This document shows, piece after piece, positions 26,031 to 39,518 of a stretch of 64,000 bases of DNA. The notes under the pieces are model-generated. The model was not told where the DNA came from and searched no databases. It was given only the letters and a program-made list of their open reading frames with translations. Origin of the DNA: Okamejei kenojei (lineage: Eukaryota); NCBI GenBank assembly GCA_035221665.1, contig CM069131.1:122450001-122514000 (forward strand), in the 5' to 3' direction. Each line of letters starts with the position of its first letter. The stretch's first letter is position 1. Made by a program: the position numbers and the translations under genes.

Positions 26031-28518
26031 TTTTTTTTAGTGTTAAGCATAGTCTTCTCAAAGTCCCTCGGGAACGCGTTGACCTGCTCCCAGTCTGGTT
26101 TTATGAGATCTGAGTTGGTTAATGTGGCCAGTGTGAAAACTACAGACCCTTCCACAGATGGGGCAGGAAGTTTCTGACAGTGTGGGTAGGTGACAATAAA
26201 GAATAGACTATGGGTAGTTTATGGCCAATAGACAATTATGGGTAAGTGGGTAGTTTGTGAAATGTTTTACTACTTCTACTTTATTCACAGCTCCTGTGTG
26301 CTCTTAGTACTGGAACCTCAAGGCCATGCACCATCTTGATTGTTGTTTGAGTTGTTTTGGGCCACAAGTTTCCAATTTTGGTAGGGAACTTGCACACGCG
26401 TAAGTTTTAAGTGCTTTTGGGTAGGCATGTGTGTATGCTGGGAATGGACGGACATGGGTTATGTGCAAGTACATAACTGATGGCAACATGTTTGGCATAG
26501 ACATTGTGCACAGAGTCTCTTGCCCAGGCAAGATGGGCTGAAGGGCCTGTTTCCACACTATCACACTATGTCTCTATGAAGGGCCTGTTCTTGTGGTGTA
26601 TTGTTTCATATTCACATCCTTGATTCATTTTATTACTTTGCGTAGTAATTTCCTCCCAAGGGATAAAGTGTTGGTTTTGGGAACCTGATGTTGGCTGTGC
26701 ATTTGATGCGGCCTGTTCAGTGTGGCTGACTGTGGGTAAATGGAGCCTTAATTCTGGGGGTGCTAGTGAGGGAGAGCACATTGATGTTGGTTCCGTTATC
26801 TTTCCAGATAATTTGCAGAATCAGCATTGATATTTTTCCAGTGCTTTGAGATGCATACAGTAGTTATTCTTAAAAGCAAATATGATGCTAGGGATCCCAG
26901 CTGCCTGGTAGACTTTGAATCCTGTGCCAGATCTGAGGTCTTAATCAGCAAATACAATTTTCCATAATCAGCCAAATCATATTGAAGATTAAAAAATATA
27001 TATATTTTTTATTATATAAAATAAAATGTTATTATATAAAATTTAAAAAAAGAGAATATTTTTGGAGATTTATTTCCTAGAACTTCCAGTTCTATACTTA
27101 TGGTCATGGATTTGCTTTGAATGATTCCTCAGCCTGTCATTTCACATCCTCTGTTCAGCTTTCTTTTGTGTTCAACAATGATTTTGAATAGTCTGCAGAT
27201 TGCAGGACAAATTGCTCAGGAAATATGTCTAACTCTCCCAACAACTTCCCTGGCTTCCTGTAGTAGAAGGAAATGCAGGCAATAAGGAAACTGAGGTTGA
27301 GAACAACATAATAGCACTAAATTGGTTGGTCAGGTGATAAACCACAGTGTATTGTAATATATAGCACAAGGCTGCAGAAATATTTATTGTTGTTTGCCTG
27401 AATTCATTGACTCTTAGTTAGCCCATTCACTTCTGTCTATGTAATTTGATGATGACCTGCAGTTCCAGATCCCATTAGTGCCCAGTACAGCACCTTTTGG
27501 AGCTTTTCTTTTACCATGAAGAGATATTGTGGTCAATCAATCATTCAGGATTTTCTGTCTTAGTAACTGGTCCTGCAGGCATTCTCATCCACTAATGTAA
27601 ATGCGTGGAAAATCTTATTAGGCTCACTGACTTCCATGCCTGATTCCCCACTAAGTACTCTTGGTGAATAAAGCTGTTTGCCAACAATGCAAATTTGTGA
27701 AGTCAACTGTATTTGTCATACACTGGAAGTGTAAAGAACTGCAGGTGACAACAGAAAAATAATTTGGGATGAATAAAGACTCCATCATTAATAGTTGTTT
27801 CTAGACAGATGATTAACTATTGAGTACATTTTTGAAGTTTCTAGTGTTAAATGTCAGCACAGTATGGGTGATGTTGCAATTTATTTTTAAGTTTAAAATG
27901 AAAACGTACACACCTTCGGAAAAAGTATGTAGGAGGTTTATTTATATTCCTTCCGGTATGAATGCAGGATAAGATTTGGAACAGTTAATCCTCTGCCATG
28001 ATTTGGATCCGATAACTTGGAAGAAAAGGGATTGTAAGTCCTGCTTTTCAAGTAACTTAAAACAAATCTTTCCCTTGTTTGAGGAGTTCTGAAGAAAACG
28101 GAATAATGGGGAAGAAAGATGATGATAGTCGAAATTTGCATGTTAAATTGCAACTTGTCCGTAGAACGTTAAAGCCTTGAAATGTCTTGTCATTATAATG
28201 TGTGCTTATTGGAATTTCCATTATGGTTCTCTTTAAGTACCATCAATGTAAAAAATCCTAGTCAGAAGGAGCCCATGGATATCATAAAGATCAATTCATC
28301 GCAGTGTTGTAAAGCTGTACCTGTAGGCAGTGTAAGCCTAATATGAACACAAGAGTTCATATTGTCCTACTTACAACGTTTGAAAATCCCACAAATATAG
28401 CAGAGGAAGTAAGCATCATGAAAAAGTGGTGATGCAGCAACATTTGTTAGTGGTGTGCAAAGACAATGCAGAAGCTTTTCAACTTTGTCCCATGCAAACC
28501 TGCAGTGCACTGATGAAC

Positions 28519-28593
28519 TGAAGAAAGGTCACCCATGCCTTCTCTCCAGAGATGCTACCTGTCCTGCTGTGTTACCAGCATTTTGTGTCACTT
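28519..28593 (+). mobile_element. 75-bp PLE-derived solo with 16-bp TSD; hammerhead core internally deleted
   Basis: TSD CAGTGCACTGATGAAC at 28503-28518 and 28594-28609; (C)TGAAGAAAGGTC|ACCCAT lacks the GAAAC box. Confidence 0.8.
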
Positions 28594-29032
28594 CAGTGCA
28601 CTGATGAACATTGGAGGCAGTCGTAACCAAAAACCATGGCTAGAAAATGCTTGTGAAGCTCTAACGAAGAGTTTAAAGTTTCATCCGATGCCATTCGAAG
28701 GAACAGTCACACTCTTACTAAATCTGACATTTACACCTTCTATAATATTTAACAATATTACATTTCATGCAAACAATTTAAATATTTAGACCTATCATAA
28801 TGCTTGCACTTTAAACTCTTGAGACTCCCTAACCTCTAATGAAGCAATGTGATTATTCAAGACTTTACATGTAAGTGGATTCAACATTCATTGTGCAATA
28901 GGATATAAACAGTGTCCAGCTGAAGGGATATGTCTGATCTTTGATTTATTCATGTATTCTTCTGTGCATCCATATGTAGCGACATTGTCCACAAATGAAA
29001 GGGAAGAAGCAACATGTAGTTGTAGTATTGTT

Positions 29033-29160
29033 TAAGAAGGAACTGCAGATGCTGGAAAATTGAAGGTAGATAAAAGTGCTGGAGAAACTCAGCGGGTGAG
29101 GCAGCATCTATGGAGCGAAGGAAATAGGCAACGTTTTGGACCAAAACCCTTCTTCAGACT
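29033..29160 (-). mobile_element. PLE-derived solo 3' end with mutated hammerhead
   Basis: aagaaggaactgcagatgctgg...aaacccttcttcagact; AGTATTGTT duplicated at 29024-29032 and 29172-29180. Confidence 0.8.
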
Positions 29161-29255
29161 CACAACTACAGAGTATTGTTGATTTGCAAATGTTTTGAGA
29201 TACTTAAAAGAAAGGAAACAAAAAATAAGCAAAGCTAAGATGGGTGTTTAAAGGC

Positions 29256-29355
29256 AGAATCAGTCGGAAGAAGGGTCTCTGCTCGAAACATCACCTATTC
29301 ATGTTCTCCAGGAATGCTGCCTGACTTGCTGAGTTACTTCAGCACTTTTTTTCCC
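29256..29355 (+). mobile_element. PLE-derived solo with degenerate hammerhead; 10-bp TSD
   Basis: cagtcggaagaagggtctctgctcgaaacatcacc...; GTTTAAAGGC at 29246-29255 and 29356-29365. Confidence 0.75.
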
Positions 29356-29526
29356 GTTTAAAGGCTGAGTTTTGTTTTAGGGCAGCACTGAAAGGGGACG
29401 GTTAACTTGGAGAGAGTTGTTGATGTTGGAGAATCCTCATTCACAGTGCTCACAAGACCACACTATATGGATGGCCATTAGTCAGAGAAAGCATATGAAG
29501 GGTTTTAAGTTTTAAAGATGGTCTTG

Positions 29527-30048
29527 CATAGAAACATGGAAAATAGGTGCCAGAGTAGGCCAATCAGCCCTTTGAGCCAGCACCGCCATTCAATATGATC
29601 ATGGCTGATCATCCAAAATCAGTGCCCCGTCCCGGCTTTTTCCCCCATATCCCTTGATTCCGTTAGCCCTAAAAGCTAAATCTAACTCTTGAATCCAGCG
29701 AATTGGCCTCCACTGCTTTCTGTGGCAGAGAATTCCACAGATTCACAACTCTCTGGGTAAAAACCTTTTTCCTCATCTCAGTCATAAATGGCCTACCCCT
29801 TATTCTTAAACTGTGACCCCTGGTTCTGGACTCCCCCAACATCGGGAACATTTTTCCTGCATTTACCCTGTCCAATCCTCTAAGAATTCTATATGTTTAT
29901 ATTAGATCCCCTCTCATCCTTCTAAATTCCAGCAAATACGAGCCCAGTCGATCCATTCTTTCATCTTATGTCAGTCCTGCCATCCCAGGAATTAACCCGG
30001 TGAACCTATGCTGCACCCCCTCAATAGCAATAATGTCCTTCCTCAAAT
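29527..30048 (-). mobile_element. CR1 LINE 3' fragment
   Basis: ORF 29669..29875 AGKMFPMLGESRTRGHSLRIRG..FTQRVVNLWNSLPQ; catagaaac tail. Confidence 0.9.
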
Positions 30049-30351
30049 CTTGTTCGAAGGATAGATTCCCTGATTATCGAGCAACTGGAGAATAATAGAA
30101 ATTGACTATATTTTCAAGGATTCTGGTCTTAAAAACAAGTATCCTGAAATACATGAACCATGTTCGTTTGGTTGACATGGAGAGGTGAAAGTGGAGCTGT
30201 CTCCTTTATTTACCCTCCTCCACTTGCCGTTTCTCAAGTAAGTTACCATTGTGTAGCTGAGAACAGGAAATATGTGTGTATATGTGGGCAAGTGTCAGAA
30301 GAAGATATTGAGCGACACTAACATCACTGAAAATGGATGAATCCTGTAAAT

Positions 30352-30475
30352 GGTCTGAAGAAGGGTCCCAACCTGTCACCCATCCTGTTTCTCCAGATAT
30401 GCTGCATGAGTCACTGCGTCACTCCAGCACTTTGGTAATTCTTTGGTATTTACCGGCATGTGTAGTTCCTTTCTA
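30352..30475 (+). mobile_element. Degenerate PLE-derived solo
   Basis: ggtctgaagaagggtcccaacctgtcacccat...actccagcac...gtagttcctt. Confidence 0.65.
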
Positions 30476-31994
30476 GGCTAGCATTACTATACCACACTGT
30501 ATCCAAATGCTGTTCAAATTGAAGAATTGTTCAGCACAGAATCTGTTATACTGGTTTGGTATGATTTTATTTTTGAGTTATTCATTCTTGAGGCAATTCT
30601 TTATATATTTTTTTCCCTCTGGACTTAATGTGCCGTTCCGATTTCTTCCTGACATTTAAAGCTAAGCTTAGCTTGTTGTATTTAGTGATACATTTTGAAC
30701 TCAACATCAGTGTAGGACTGCTTTAATACCTAATAATTGCCTGGTAAAGTGAATTGATCATGTTTTTGAAATGAACTATTCTGGTTTTAATACATCAAAA
30801 AGATATCTGATCTATTCTTGATGTGCCATTTTGGGTTATCTACATTTAGCATTTCAATGGTTTCTTAGTATGCCTGCAAAATTAATTTGATCAAAGGATG
30901 CTAAGTAGACATGGTAGCAGATAAATAATAGTTTCAATTTTAGTTATTTTTTAGATGTTATTCATCTCTGGTTTTAAAAACAATTTGTTATAGTCTATAT
31001 ATGTTCATTCTCAGCTGCTTACATGAAGATAATATTAAACGCTAAGATCACTATTTAAAAACTCTTATACTATTAAACTATTGTGCTTAAAGCAGAAACA
31101 AGGAAAAACAGTTGCGTACTTTGATATCCCACTATCTGCTGTCTCTGTCAATATTGGGGCAAATGAAACCCATCAAAGTTATCCTATAACTATTTAACAA
31201 ATATTAGCAGCAAAAAAGTTATAAACATAATTTCTTGTTCCCTCTTGAAAGCAGGTTTCGGTTAGTTCATGAAAGATTGTGCCAGAATTTAGTTGATGTG
31301 GCTATTTATTGGCTGCACCATAGTAACAGCACAATTTGTTGGAATACCAAACTACAAAGAAACAAAAAATTGCTTTTTCCAGAGTTCATTACAAATTAGA
31401 TTCCTTCCACAGGGCAGTTATTTTTAATGATGTGTTAAAAACCTTAGGCTGTCGCCATTAAACTTCTAATCCTTTACAACCAAAAAAAACTTCATGTATG
31501 CAAATCCGAATGCTGCGCTAATATTCAGAATCCACAAAATGCTTCTGTATTTGCAGTCTTCACCTTTTATTTTGGGAACTAAAACTGAGGGTGAAATCTC
31601 TGTGCTCATGGACATTGAATATGACTGACCTCAGTTATAAAACCCAGGAGAAGCACTAAATCAAGCTGTAATAATAATCGCAAAAATATAATTTAATGTC
31701 CAAAATTATGACCTGTAAATGATCATGCCACAATGGGCCGAATGGCCTAATTCTGTTCCTATCATTTATGAATTACTACTTTACATTCATGATGGAAAAA
31801 ATACTACTTTAACCTGTGATTTATTTCCTTATGGGATGCATTTAAAATGACTATAATTACTAATTTGTTTACTCTAAAAAGTTTAATTCACGTCTGCAAA
31901 CATTATTGGTGAAAATGAGTATGATTGGCTTAGAAATTGTCTTGCAGTAGGAAATGTGCATTAAACCAGCAATGCATCACAACCTGATTTAGGA

Positions 31995-32465
31995 AAAGCT
32001 CCATCCAAGAGTGCAAGAAATTGCAGAGTTGTGAACAAAGCCTAGACCATCACGCATTGATTCTATCTACATTTCACACTGCCTCGGCAAGGCCACCAGC
32101 ATTATCAAGGAGTAGTCCTAACCCATCACTCCTCCTTCTCCCCTCTCCCATCAGGGAAGAGGTACAGAAGTTTGAAAACATATACCTCCAGATCCTAGTA
32201 CAGTTTCTTCCCAGCTGTTATCAGACAACTGAATGGCCCTCTCATCAGCAAAAGTACAGTCCTGACCTCCCATCTGCCTTATTGGAGACCTATGAACAAT
32301 ATTTAATTGGACTTTTATCTTGTTGTAAATTTTGTGCCTTTTTCTTTAGCCGTGCACTGTGGATGGCTTGATTGTAATCATGCAGTCTTCTTTTGACAGG
32401 ATGGCATGCAAACAAAAGCTTTTCATTGTACCTCGATACTGTGACAATAAACTAAACTAAAACTA
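31995..32465 (+). mobile_element. Rex1/Babar-type LINE 3' fragment
   Basis: caagaaattgcagagttgtgaac..ccagcattatcaagga..ctccctctcccatcagggaagaggtacagaag..ttcttcccagctgttatcag; aataaactaaactaaa tail. Confidence 0.65.
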
Positions 32466-32574
32466 TAAGCGATCCTGTGAATTAAAAAATGGGCATCAGC
32501 GAGTGGTTATTGGTGCGTAAATGGGCATCAGCGAGTGGTCATTAATGCATAAATGTCACTTGATGGCACTTGTT

Positions 32575-33257
32575 CAGTTCAGTTTTATTTGTCATATGAA
32601 GGTTAACACAGGGTCAACGGTACAATTAAATGTGTTTGACAAGACAACGGGTCACCTCAGCAATGATATTACAAGGATAAAATTAAGGTAAAAAAGATAG
32701 ATAAAAGTGACATTGGTAGGTAAAAGACAATAATAAATACAATAATCAACATATATGATGTGTTTATGAGTTCAGAAGCCTGATGGCATGATGATAAAAA
32801 CTGTTCTTAAGTCCGGTGGTACGTGCAGCCATGCTCCTGTATCGTCTGCCTGACCGTAACAAGAACAGTTACGCCTGTGGAAAATGTCCTGACTGGCCGG
32901 GAGACAGTTGCCAGTGATGTGCTATGCCGCCTTCACCACTCTCTGTAGTTATTTGTGGCTGTGGGCAGAACAGTTCCCGTACCAGACTGTGATGCAGCCC
33001 GTCAGCAGACTCTCGATGGTGCAACTGTAGAAGTTTGTGAGGATGCTGGCATTCATGCCAAACTTCCTCAGTCTTCTCAGGAAAAAGAGCAGCTGGCAGG
33101 CTTTCTTAGTTATTGTGTCCGTGTGCAGTGTCCAAGAGAGGTCCTCAATGATGTGCACACCGAGGAACTTGAAGCTGCTGACTCTTTCAACCTCAGCATC
33201 ACCGATGTGGATGGGGAGGCGTCCACTCCTCTGCTGTCTCCTGTAGTCCACGATCAC
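32575..33257 (-). mobile_element. Rex1/Babar-clade LINE 3' fragment
   Basis: ORF 32949..33257 MIVDYRR..VERVSSFKFLGVHIIEDLSWT..FFLRRLRKFGM..TNFYSCTIESLLTGCITVWYGNC. Confidence 0.88.
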
Positions 33258-33785
33258 ATGGCCTCACAGGGGATGATTGCGGGCAAGCTAATTGGATGGT
33301 TAGCTGGATTGGTTTTGTCCTTGACAAAACCAAGACAGGACATAAGACTTGAATATCTTTCCACACTGCTGATGGGGGGAAACACTATTGAAGTTGTCAA
33401 TATATTGGAAGTTCAGCGGGTTCTGGAGTGCAAGACTTTGGTACTATAGCAGAGTGTACACCAGTGTTTTTTGCCATTTTTTGATGCGATGTAGGATGAA
33501 TCCAATCGGCTGAAGGCCTGTTTTTGTTAAGGTGGGATCTAGGAAGGGAGTAAATTGGTACATTTTGTGAAGGCGGAGATCCAGGGAGGAAGCTGGGATA
33601 GATCATGCACCCGGCAACCCTACCTGAAACAGTTAAAGCACGTTCCGTTAAAAGTGAACAACAGGTTTCAAATTTTTCAAATGACTATTTCAAATTTTGT
33701 AAAGAGATTTTTTTTAAGAGATGCAACTAAAGAATATGTTGAACAGCAATTAATACATTTCTAATTGGTCAAGATCAGATATAAC

Positions 33786-33897
33786 CAGGAGTAACTCAGC
33801 AGAACTCCTGAGTTACTCCAGCATGTTCCGCGGAGTTACTCCAGCATTTTGTGTCTACCAATGATTTAAACCAGTATCTGCAGTTCTGTCCAACACA
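33786..33897 (+). mobile_element. Short PLE-derived fragment with mini fold-back
   Basis: ggagtaactcag..ctgagttactcc inverted pair, then gagttactccagcattttgtgtctacc..ctgcagtt. Confidence 0.65.
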
Positions 33898-34414
33898 TAA
33901 GTAAAACCAGATCGATTACAATGGTTTTAGTTCGAGGGAGTGTCTTGGCAGTCAATGAAGATTCAACAGTTTGTGTTTGTGCAAAATTGATTGTTTGCCC
34001 TGTTAAAGAATTGTCTCTTCATTGCTGGTACAAAATGCCCAAATTGTCGAGAGAGAGCAAATCCAGATGGTTGATTTTGGTTCTCCCTTCAGTATTCCTT
34101 TGCTAATCTAACCATTTTTTTGCTGCAGTTTCCTGAGTAATTTACTAGACAGTGCTTCTGGGTTATGTATGTTGTTATGTTGATGGGTAAACCTAGTTTA
34201 ACAGATGGCCATAATAAAACACTATTATTTCTACCTCTCAGTAATAGCATTGAAGTTTTATGTAAATAAATGGCTGATTGATTATCCACAATAGTAATTG
34301 CAGACAGCTGTAGTTGTAGCAGTTTGCTGGATTCAGTGCCTAGTTTCATAATGTTGCTTCTTACACATACAGCCGCAAATAATTTCCATTTTTACATAAC
34401 TATCATTTCAGTGG

Positions 34415-34575
34415 CAGTTCAGAAAATGCTGGAAGCATTCGGCAGGTCAAGTAGCATCATCAGTGGGGAGGAAAACAGTCAACTTTATGTGGACTCATTT
34501 CCGCTCCCAGATAATGTGGCTTGGCCTGCTGAGTTCTTACAGCTATATCTGTTTTCATTTCAGATTTCCAGCTTT
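34415..34575. mobile_element. Old degenerate palindromic PLE-derived insert
   Basis: aaatgctggaagcattcggcaggtcaagtagcatc mirrored by gcttggcctgctgagttcttacagc..tcagatttccagc. Confidence 0.5.
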
Positions 34576-34932
34576 ATTTTTTGCTCAAATTATTTAAGCC
34601 ATGGAGACCTATGGACAAAGTTGATCTTCTAACTGTCGGGCTTTTGTGATTCAATCCTTAATCTGAATTTGAAAGAGAAGTAACTTGTTATTGTAATGTT
34701 ATTGCTCAGTTTGTTAGTTTTTCCTGACAATTTGCCAGACTGACAGAACCATAAGTACTACTGGTTCTATCTCTGCCCATTATCACATCTCTTGTCATGA
34801 ACATTCTTCCAATTAACTGAGAAGTGGATCAGTTTGCAAGCTGCATGTAGTGTTGAATCCGACCCTATTGCCCATATGTTTGTAAAGAAAACAATAATGA
34901 AGGAGAGTCAAATAAATCTCTAACTTTCATGA

Positions 34933-35243
34933 GGGCTGCACGGTGGCACAGCAGTAGAGCTACTGCCTTGCAGCGCCAGAGAACCAGGCTCGATCCCGAC
35001 TACAGGTGCTGTCTGTATGGAGTTTGTACATTCTCCCTGTGAACTGCGTGGATTTTCTCCGAGATCTTTGGTTTCTTCCCACGTTCCAAAGACGTACAGG
35101 CTTGTAGGTTAATTGGCTTGGTATAAATGTAAATTGTCCCTAATGTGTGTAGGATAGTGTAAGTGTGAGGGGATCGCTGGTCGGTGTGGACTCGGTGGGC
35201 CGAAGTGTCTGTTTCCGCACTGTGTCTCTAACCTAAACTAAAC
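34933..35243 (+). mobile_element. HE1-like tRNA-derived SINE, full length
   Basis: A box ggtggcacagcagtagag, B box ggctcgatccc, CR1-like 3' end ggtgggccgaag..ctgtttcc..ctgtgtctctaa and (CTAAA)n tail. Confidence 0.85.
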
Positions 35244-36269
35244 AAAATATTATAATCCTATCTCGCTAGATCGCAGTCCAAATTCCAATTTAATGATGTC
35301 CAACATTTTTGTTATTTTACATATCGGATTACTCATATTGGCTAATTATTTTACTTAATTGTTTTAATTTGCATTCTAGCTGATATTGTTTTTCACCACT
35401 CCTGGTGCTACCAGTGTGGCTCACCATGGTGTAATGTTTTGCATTTGGCTTACAGGCAGTTCTGCTACGATGGGTGCTTTCATAATACGAATTGGATATA
35501 ACACAATTGATCAATTAGGTGACATGTGTTGTGTTGTACAGGCTGAATTGGTTGGAATGTGTTCTACAGGGAGCTAGAAAACAACTCAAAGTTTGTTTGG
35601 AAATTGACAAGCAGAAAAGTAAACACTTTTGGCAAAATAACAGTCTAGGGAAAATAAACTGTTCCATCCAACAGCCGCTTGTAATGTTCTCCAAGGGCAA
35701 CAGAATTTAAGTAGCGTTGAGTTACCTTGGACTGACTGAAGAAGTAGCAGCAAAACATGGCGCATGTAGAATTTATGGTCACTGCCATCCTCCAGGGCGC
35801 CTTCTGCTGGCTGTTGAGGAAATGGTGATTTAAAAATGACAGGCTGTGAGCAATAAAATTAAAATAACAAGTTGCAGTTCCTTGTTTTGGGTAACAGATC
35901 CTCTTAATTTAGCATCCTCAGGTGTGCATTAGCTCTGTTTGTGATGTGGAAAGATAACAGACTCTAAAGCACTCCCTGGATCCCATGGTTAGGATATGTT
36001 CGGAGGGATATGGGCCAAATGCAGGCAGGTGGAACTGGTAGCGATTGGTCGGTGTAGACCAACTGCGCTGAAGGGCCTGTTTCCACAGTGACTCTATGAC
36101 ACTTGCCCTGGCTGGTATTATAGAAAGTTGATCAAAACTTAATATTTTTAAGGGGTGTTTTTTTTTAATGGAAAACATCATAAAAATGGTGGGTTCATTA
36201 GTCACAACCATTTAAAATTTGCTGGGCTTTGGATATTTCTTGAACACACCCCCCACCCTATTCATTATC

Positions 36270-36583
36270 GCATTGTATCACTGCTGGGTTTTACTGTTTG
36301 TATCACTCGTTATCACCACCTCAGCAGCCAACAATGGACTATTGTGGGTTCTACCCTTCCTTGATCGTCGTTGCTGACTTTGATTTGTCCTTTGCATATC
36401 GTTCGTTCATTTATTCTATGTACCTTTGCAAATCTTGTTTCCCTCTCCCCTGACTGAAGAAGGGTCTTGACCAAAAACGTATCTATTCCTTTTCTCCACC
36501 GATGGTGCATGACTCGCTGAGTTACTCTGGTTTTTTGTGTCTATATTCGGTGTAAACCAGCATCTGCAATTCCTTCCTGCACA
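36270..36583 (+). mobile_element. Penelope-like 3' end; degenerate hammerhead from 36454
   Basis: ccctgactgaagaagggtcttgaccaaaaacgt...gctgagttactc...aaaccagcatctgcaattccttcct. Confidence 0.75.
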
Positions 36584-39518
36584 ATAATTATCAACTTTCC
36601 ATCTTCTCTTGATATCCCTTACAGCTTATCGTAAAACATTTGCATCACCCTGTACAAGCTTTCTGATACTTCTGAAGTGCAGTGACCAAAATCGATTAGA
36701 AATTGTCCAAATCTGCACTGCCAATGTTTTATAATTCCTTGGTATAACATTTGTGGAGTTAATGCTTTGCTATTTTGGCAGTATAGTCAACTTTATATTT
36801 TTTCTTATTTTACAATTGTTTTTCAGCATGATCTTGATAATGAAAATAATTACCCCGGTACTCTAATTTTGCTTCCAGTTTTATTTACCTTGCTGCTCAT
36901 TATTTTGATTAGTGCAGTTGTCAAAATTAATTTTAATTTCATAACTTGCCAAAACTTTCAGAAATCTGTTAACTACATCTGCTACATCAAAACTTCATAT
37001 TTACATTGTTTTGCATATATCCTCTGATTACTGGAGTTTTCCATCATTACTGGAATTGTCAATCACAGGGCAAACCATGCGTAAGGAGGCTTGAGAATGG
37101 CAGACTACCATTGTGTACCACATACTCGCCAACCTTTTTATCCTCCTGCATTTTAGGAGATGGAGATCTTTTCTGCAGTGCCTTGTGTAGTTGACACCTT
37201 AACTGTAGATCTTTGCAGTCACATATGTTTCACTGCTTTTGTTTTAGCACCCGGTGGTTCATTTAATGAATGGCTACCTCTCAGGAAGCTTAAACATCAG
37301 CTATATTCTGGAATATGTTGTGTGGCTGGTTTTGGGTTAATATAAATGTAGAAAGAGTTTTAATTTTTAAACTGAATAAATTCACATTTGCTGCATACTG
37401 TTGCGATGAACCTGGGAGGGGGGAGAAAGAGCAAATATTAAGTCAATCCATGCATAACCTAACAACGGGAAGAATTATTTTTCAGGATGCTTAATTCTAC
37501 CAGCATTCAATTAATCTTTAAAAATTATAACTATTTTCAGAAGTCATTACGGTAATCATATATTTGTAAACATGCCATTAAGAGGGCCGTGTTTTGTATT
37601 TCTTTCCTATTAAAAAAAAAATTATTCTGGTTTTCCACCAATAATTTTCTTCTGAAAATAAATTTGTGTCGCTTATGCTCCCTAAAATGGGCCCCTCATC
37701 AGCCCAGCCTGTCTAGTGCCTTATTTTAATTTGCCTCAGTGGAATGTGAAGCTGTGGATTAATAGTTGCTAACAAGTGCCAGTGTCTTTCATTCAGCATA
37801 ATTACAATGTGCATGAATTCACACATAATGGAACTAGACATATAGTCTCATGGTTTTGGATGTGTAGCTTTAAACAGCTTTAGAAGCTGATGTTTGTTTG
37901 CTATTGATTTTAAAGTATAATAAATAATTACATTGCATTGAAACGGTGTTACCAAGCGATACAGCAAACAGCTGCACTATAGACTTGGTGAATTTGTGAA
38001 TTTTTAATCTAATATTAAAATAACCACCCACAGAATAGGATGCTTGTGAAGAGGACTTGGTCTCCAAGTGTGACAGCTATTTTCAGACATATCTGGTCAA
38101 ACGTATTTATAATACAACTTTTGTACATTTATCTGTTAATACATATTTTTAATTACGTAATCTGTTTGCACATCTGGTGCACCTAAATACATGAAAATGC
38201 AAACCACACTGTTATCTGTAAAGATTTTGAGTTTTAGGCAAAGTAATTGAATTGTGAAGGCCAGCATAAAAATAAATTGCATAAAATTAGCATTTAATAT
38301 ATCACTGGAAAAGGTTCCGTCCTTGTGTTTTACTCTGAATCTATTTGTCTAAGTCAGAATGGCAACAGAATTAACTGTCTGCTATTTTAGTTATTGGGTA
38401 AAATTTTACCTTGATATCTGCGTGTGAGCAGAGAATACAATTTTACATATTTGCATTTGTGCTGAAGAGAGCATTTATTCTGTCTTTGCTGCTGCTGGAT
38501 ACAGCCCTCAACAATCATTTGCTTTGACAATGAAATATCACAAGCGTTATTGACCTATTTGAACATGTTGGCCTGTACATAATGTCTGCATGAAAACGAA
38601 GGAGTTTGTGAACTGGATAACATGTCTCTGTTGTACATATCACAGTGGTACATCAAAATTAGCACACAAGATTAATCATAAAAGTAACAAATTGCTCTTC
38701 AAGACAATTCTGGAAAAATGTAGTACCATAATTTTGGAAAAACATTACTTTTATTCTCAATGCATACTTGGCACCATGGTAAATGCAGTATTTATCATCC
38801 ATTTCTAATTGCTCTTGAAGCGGGGAATGTTCGGCCAGTTCCGAAAGCAGTACATTGTACAGTTCTGAAGCATACATAGGACAGATACTAGAAGGACTGC
38901 AATTTCTTTAAAATACAGTAGTAATCCAGTTGTGTATGTTGGACAACCCAGCCATTTTGTGCGCACCATTATGCAATCTAAATTTTAAATTTCATTACTT
39001 GAATTTAAACCTTTGTGCTTCCAGATTAATAGCCTAGGCCACTCGATACTGGTCTGGTAATGTCACCTGTGTGGCATTGTATCTCACTTTATATACTGAT
39101 GCTCAGCAGATTAATTTTAACAATACTCTTGGCATGATATTTCTGGCCAGTAGCCTTGACTACCAAAAATGTAATGTGTGCACTGCTTATAATTTCACAC
39201 CAGCACAAATGAGAAAATGTTTTTGAAGCATTGCTAACAATTTAGTGTATAAACTGAATGTTGGCATGAGTGAAGTACATCATGGCTTTATTGAAGGTGA
39301 TTAAAGCAACTTAATCATAGCACATTATGCTGCTGAATATTGTGTTATGTGCCTTTTCAGCAGTATTATTGAATTATTTATCAATAGAAATCTCATTAAA
39401 ATATCCAATTAATCTATTATTAATCTATCTAATAAGTTATCATGAACATTAATATTTGGAATTTTATGTTTTATTTTTATAGTGATTTAATAATAATAAT
39501 ACATGTGTTTGTTTGCAG

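Noticed and set aside
32487-32555. 32-bp tandem dimer (also a ~27-bp dimer near 54481-54534 and an 11-bp dimer near 12869)
   Set aside because: Ordinary local slippage duplications.
34933-35010. tRNA genes (A/B boxes here and at 17724, 46397)
   Set aside because: No cloverleaf, and each continues into the SINE body with a CR1-like tail. These are SINE heads.
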